Source: Candidatus Levyibacteriota bacterium
GTDB lineage: Bacteria > Patescibacteriota > Microgenomatia > Levybacterales > UBA12049
Assembly (NCBI GenBank): GCA_027334565.1
Contig: DAHWUP010000002.1
Span: 13,203 to 77,202 of the forward strand
DNA length: 64,000 nt
Direction: 5' to 3'
Positions 60,334 to 64,000 of the stretch are shown piece after piece. The number at the start of each line of letters is the position of its first letter. Position 1 is the stretch's first letter. The notes beneath the pieces were generated by a model. It ran no database searches. It saw only the letters and a program-made list of their open reading frames with translations, and had not been told where the DNA came from. Made by a program: the position numbers and the translations under genes.

Positions 60334-61086
60334 TTAAGACAAATTGGTTTTATTTAAGAGCTCTAAGACCGTCGTAAGTTCCTGCGGTAAATCGGAATTA
60401 AATATTAGCCGTTCCCCGGTCTTGGGATGGTTAAACGATATAGTCTTTGCGTGTAAAAAAATCCTGTCCAAAACTTTACGATCTGCACGGGAAGTTTTTC
60501 TTCCCGCGTATAAAGGATCACCAAAAACAGGATGGTTGAAATACTTAAGGTGCACTCTGATTTGATGTGTTCTGCCTGTTTCAGGGTTAAGTTCCAACAG
60601 CGTAAGTGTTTCGGAATGTTTATTTAATTTAAAGTCATACTCTGCCTCTACACGATATTTAGTAGTCGCTGCCTTACCACCCGCCAAAACACCAAATTTT
60701 TTCCGATTCCAGGGAAGCCTCCCTACGGGAACGTTTATTTCTCCATTTTTAGGATAAACCGACCCGTGCACCAAGGCTACGTAGGTTTTATTTACAAGCC
60801 GTTGTTTAAACTGATCTTGAAGATTAGAAAAGCTGTCGGGGGTTTTGGCAATAACCAACAAGCCGGATGTTTCTTTATCCAACCGATGAACGATTCCGGC
60901 GCGCCTGAAAAAATCAGACTCCCTATCGGAATTAAGCCATTCCTCATTGGAAGAAAACATTTTTTCAATCAGGTCTTGGACCGTCAATTCATTTCTGGTA
61001 GTATCGGCTTTATTTACGGTGATTCCTGCAGGCTTATCGACCACTAAAAGATAATCGTCCTCGAATACTATATTTAGTATTTTCAT
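60334..61086 (-). CDS. RluA-family pseudouridine synthase
   Basis: Catalytic HRLDKETSGLLVIAKT motif. Confidence 0.85.
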   Translation of the reverse strand: MKILNIVFEDDYLLVVDKPAGITVNKADTTRNELTVQDLIEKMFSSNEEWLNSDRESDFFRRAGIVHRLDKETSGLLVIAKTPDSFSNLQDQFKQRLVNKTYVALVHGSVYPKNGEINVPVGRLPWNRKKFGVLAGGKAATTKYRVEAEYDFKLNKHSETLTLLELNPETGRTHQIRVHLKYFNHPVFGDPLYAGRKTSRADRKVLDRIFLHAKTISFNHPKTGERLIFNSDLPQELTTVLELLNKTNLS

Positions 61087-61772
61087 TTTTTCGTGAGGTA
61101 TTTATTGATTAGCTCTTGGTTAATAATTAAAATCAAAGACACAAAAAAAGTCACCAATATAAAAATATTTTCCGGCATCATAAACGAAAAGTCTTTTACG
61201 TCCAAAAACAACTTTCCCGTAAAATAAATAAATGCCAGGATTAATACGAATATAAGCGCCAGAGTGCCGTCTCGTATTTCCCCCTTAGAAGCAAAAGGAA
61301 ATAACAGCTTAGTAAAAACAAATAATAAGACTATCGCTGAAACAAAAATGACATTCTCCAAAGCGGATTCCCTACCCAAGAGCAAAAAAATATGAAACAT
61401 ATATGCAATCGGAAAAACCCCGATAAATGCCATCGTAAATAGATCGGTCAATCTTCCAACAGGCATTTTCTTAAATAAAGCATACATATAAACAAAAACT
61501 TCTCCACTCACTACCCCGCCGATTAAAGAAAGGCCGGGATAATACGGGATCGCAAGAAAAACCAGGGGATTCAGATAAATCTGTTTAAAATTAAAAATTA
61601 CAAAAAAGAACCTGGCAAATATCAGAGTCACTATGCCTGAAATAATCGCCATAGTAAAAATCTTATCCAATGCGATGTCTTTTCTGATAATAACAAAATC
61701 GTCCCGTGCAAGGTAATATAAGAAGAACAGGAACAGGAAAAATGCGACTAACAATATAAATGTATTTATCAT
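61083..61772 (-). CDS. lgt: Prolipoprotein diacylglyceryl transferase-like membrane protein
   Basis: Polytopic protein. YYPGLSLIGGVVSG and a GRL-containing loop resemble Lgt signature regions. Moderate support. Confidence 0.45.
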   Translation of the reverse strand: MINTFILLVAFFLFLFFLYYLARDDFVIIRKDIALDKIFTMAIISGIVTLIFARFFFVIFNFKQIYLNPLVFLAIPYYPGLSLIGGVVSGEVFVYMYALFKKMPVGRLTDLFTMAFIGVFPIAYMFHIFLLLGRESALENVIFVSAIVLLFVFTKLLFPFASKGEIRDGTLALIFVLILAFIYFTGKLFLDVKDFSFMMPENIFILVTFFVSLILIINQELINKYLTKK

Positions 61773-61773
61773 A

Positions 61774-63042
61774 TTAATCTTTTAAAAATGTTCTGATCAT
61801 CGCTATAGCTAAGACGACCAAGCCGATCACGGATACGATAGTGCCAACTCCGAATATATCGGCCAGACCCCCCACCAATATAACCGGAATTATCGAAGTT
61901 ACACCGACGAAAGTATTTAGAATACCATATATTTTACCCCTACTTTCATCTCCTGCTTCTTCTTGCAAAATCGTATTGGCAGGAATAAATACAAAAGCTA
62001 CGGCAAAACCGATTATAAAAGCCAACAGTACCATTATATGCAAAATATTAATCCTTAACATGTGCGGCAGATAGAGATTTAACAGATGCGCAATCGACCT
62101 TGACTCCACTTTTGAACCATAAGGTAAAAGCAAAACAGCGATACCCAAGATATAGAGACCTACTTTGGTCAATAAACTTCTTGAGGTTTTCGGAAAAAAG
62201 CTACCAATGATAATTGCACCCAAAAAAATTCCCAAAATAGCAGGTGTAACAAAAAGTATCGGGAAACTTTCAACTCTTATCTTTAATACCTGCGTCGCAT
62301 ACCCCGGGCCGATGGCGGCAAACGCCAAAACAATGACCTGGATAAGTGTCAACGAAAAAAGCGCATGGTATAAATTCTTGGTCTTGGAGATCAGTTGAAA
62401 TACAATCTTTGCCTCCTGCTTAAAATCCAGTGCCGCGCCGTTAATGGCTTTTGGTTCAATTCGGGATTTGTCGGCTTTTATCAGGACGATAAACAAACCG
62501 GCAATTAGATAAACAATCGCTAACACCAAAAAGATATTCGATCTGCCGAATAAGTATATGAAAGGGCCGGACAAAGCATAAGCTAAAAATATCGAGACAT
62601 AAATTCCCATTCCAAATAACGCATTTGCGGACAAAAGCAAATCTTTTCTGACCAAAAGCGGAATTATCGGAGTTTCCGCCGGTATAAAGAACTGTGTGAC
62701 CACCGAAACACAAAATGTGAATAAATAAACCAACCAAAGATTGGTATTAAAAAATATCAGTGGTATGATAAATAACCCCCTTAGCACATTTGTTAATAGC
62801 AGAACGGATTTTTTATTCCACCTGTCGACCATTACCCCTGCCCAAACCCCGAAGAGGATACTCGGAATAGTAAACGCCATAACCACTCCGGCAACGGCAG
62901 TATTTGAACGCGATATCCCGAAAACGACGATCAAAAGCGCGAAGTTCAACAAGTTATTCGCAAACATTGCGAAAAATTCAGAAAGCACGAGGAATAAAAA
63001 AGGCCTAATACGCAAGGTTTTTAAAATCAGGTTTTCGTTCAT
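61774..63042 (-). CDS. MFS transporter
   Basis: 12 TM helices in 6+6 arrangement, typical MFS size. Confidence 0.8.
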   Translation of the reverse strand: MNENLILKTLRIRPFLFLVLSEFFAMFANNLLNFALLIVVFGISRSNTAVAGVVMAFTIPSILFGVWAGVMVDRWNKKSVLLLTNVLRGLFIIPLIFFNTNLWLVYLFTFCVSVVTQFFIPAETPIIPLLVRKDLLLSANALFGMGIYVSIFLAYALSGPFIYLFGRSNIFLVLAIVYLIAGLFIVLIKADKSRIEPKAINGAALDFKQEAKIVFQLISKTKNLYHALFSLTLIQVIVLAFAAIGPGYATQVLKIRVESFPILFVTPAILGIFLGAIIIGSFFPKTSRSLLTKVGLYILGIAVLLLPYGSKVESRSIAHLLNLYLPHMLRINILHIMVLLAFIIGFAVAFVFIPANTILQEEAGDESRGKIYGILNTFVGVTSIIPVILVGGLADIFGVGTIVSVIGLVVLAIAMIRTFLKD

Positions 63043-63054
63043 ATTTTATCCACA

Positions 63055-63615
63055 TTACGAAGCTTTTTCAGTGTAGGCGCCGGTTCGCGTATCTACTCTA
63101 ACCCTTTCTCCTATTTTTATAAACAACGGTACTTTAATTGTCAATCCGTTCTCCAATGTCGCGTCTTTAAAAACGTTGGTTGCGGAATTACCCTTGACGC
63201 CCGGGGCAGTTTCGGTAACCTCGAACACCATTTTTGGAGGAAGGTTTATCGAAAGCGCTTCGTTTGCCAAAAAACTGATATTATAGTTTTCTCCTTCTTT
63301 AAGGTAATATACGTCATCGCCAATTGTCTTCAACGGAATTTCGATTTGATCAAAAGTCTGTGGATTCATAAAATAGGCATTGTCTCCGTCTTTATATAGA
63401 TATTGGAAATCCTTTTTTAAAACCCGGACGTCGTTGACCTTGGCCGTATTAATAAAACTTTTATCCGTAGTAGAACCTGTCCTAAGGTTTTTTACTTTAA
63501 CCTTAATATTGGCACTTCCCCTCCCCATTTTTATATGTTCGTAAGATAATACCTGTAAAAGATTTCCGTTTTCTTCAAATATGGTCCCTGCCCTTAATTC
63601 TTGAACTCCGATCAT
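63055..63615 (-). CDS. efp: Elongation factor P
   Basis: KOW-like N-domain and OB domains, collinear with E. coli EF-P. Loop residue equivalent to Lys34 is Arg (IKMGRGSAN). Confidence 0.9.
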   Translation of the reverse strand: MIGVQELRAGTIFEENGNLLQVLSYEHIKMGRGSANIKVKVKNLRTGSTTDKSFINTAKVNDVRVLKKDFQYLYKDGDNAYFMNPQTFDQIEIPLKTIGDDVYYLKEGENYNISFLANEALSINLPPKMVFEVTETAPGVKGNSATNVFKDATLENGLTIKVPLFIKIGERVRVDTRTGAYTEKAS

Positions 63616-64000
63616 ATTAACAAGTTGAGAACGGTTCTTACACCGTGCCCGGTACCTCCTTTCGGCGAAAGGTCGGTTGCTTTTGCTGAAAATGCCGGCC
63701 CGGCTATATCCAGATGCGCCCAGGGTAAGTCTTTCACGAATTCTTGTAAAAACAATGCGGCGGTAATGGCTCCACCGTACCTCGTGTTAGGAATATTAGC
63801 GATATCAGCTACTTCGCTTTTATTAAGCTCGCGATAATCCTTTTCAAGTGGAAGCTCCCATACTTTTTCCCCCGCGTCGAAGGCTGCGCGTTTTATTCTT
63901 TCGGCCAATTCCCTATTGTTTGAAAAAAGACCGGCAATATCGGTGCCCAAGGCAACCATACAGGCTCCGGTGAGAGTCGCGAAATCGATCACTTCGCTTG
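63612..64000 (-). CDS. pepA: Leucyl aminopeptidase (M17), C-terminal part; gene continues beyond window
   Basis: NTDAEGRL-like region (NIPNTRYGGAITAALFL) and M17 catalytic-domain motifs. ORF is open at the window edge. Confidence 0.8.
   Translation of the reverse strand, partial: SEVIDFATLTGACMVALGTDIAGLFSNNRELAERIKRAAFDAGEKVWELPLEKDYRELNKSEVADIANIPNTRYGGAITAALFLQEFVKDLPWAHLDIAGPAFSAKATDLSPKGGTGHGVRTVLNLLI

Overview
This 64-kb window reads as a compact bacterial chromosome segment with the standard genetic code and roughly 45% GC. Coding density is high and many genes overlap by 1-4 nt. I found no rRNA, tRNA or CRISPR array by eye.

Recognisable housekeeping genes:
- infC (C-terminal fragment), rpmI, rplT
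- greA, a truncated cysS-like gene, pheS, pheT
- a class-A PBP
- tyrS, recG, rpmF, nusB, rnc, rpsP, a KH-domain gene, trmD
- holB, gyrB, gyrA (separated by four genes including an H+-pyrophosphatase), folD
- yebC, an rluA-family gene, efp, and the start of pepA

A contiguous 11-kb minus-strand operon (15350-26241) encodes a complete type IV pilus / competence-pilus machinery: pilB, pilT, pilC, a major pilin, pilD, four further (pseudo)pilins, a PilX-like protein, and pilM/N/O.

The accessory content has four main parts:
1. A 6.5-kb block (28.0-34.5 kb) of about 13 short lineage-specific ORFs. Two carry HExxH metallopeptidase motifs and one is CYTH-like.
2. A tyrosine recombinase (Xer-like) whose start codon abuts a dif-like site. 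A partial copy of that site lies 2.6 kb away, bracketing a GH18 hydrolase and a Tat-signal protein. This is a candidate Xer-exploiting integrative element.
3. A 0.9-kb non-coding stretch with internal degenerate repeats.
4. Two paralogous Cys-rich secreted proteins sharing a conserved N-terminal anchor.

A striking global pattern is a consensus TATAAT (often extended TGnTATAAT) -10 element placed 6-7 nt upstream of the start codon of many genes, with no Shine-Dalgarno sequence. This implies widespread leaderless mRNAs.

The short aaRS genes, abundance of hypotheticals and competence-type pili are compatible with a reduced-genome (CPR/Patescibacteria-like) lineage. That assignment is an inference, not something the sequence proves.
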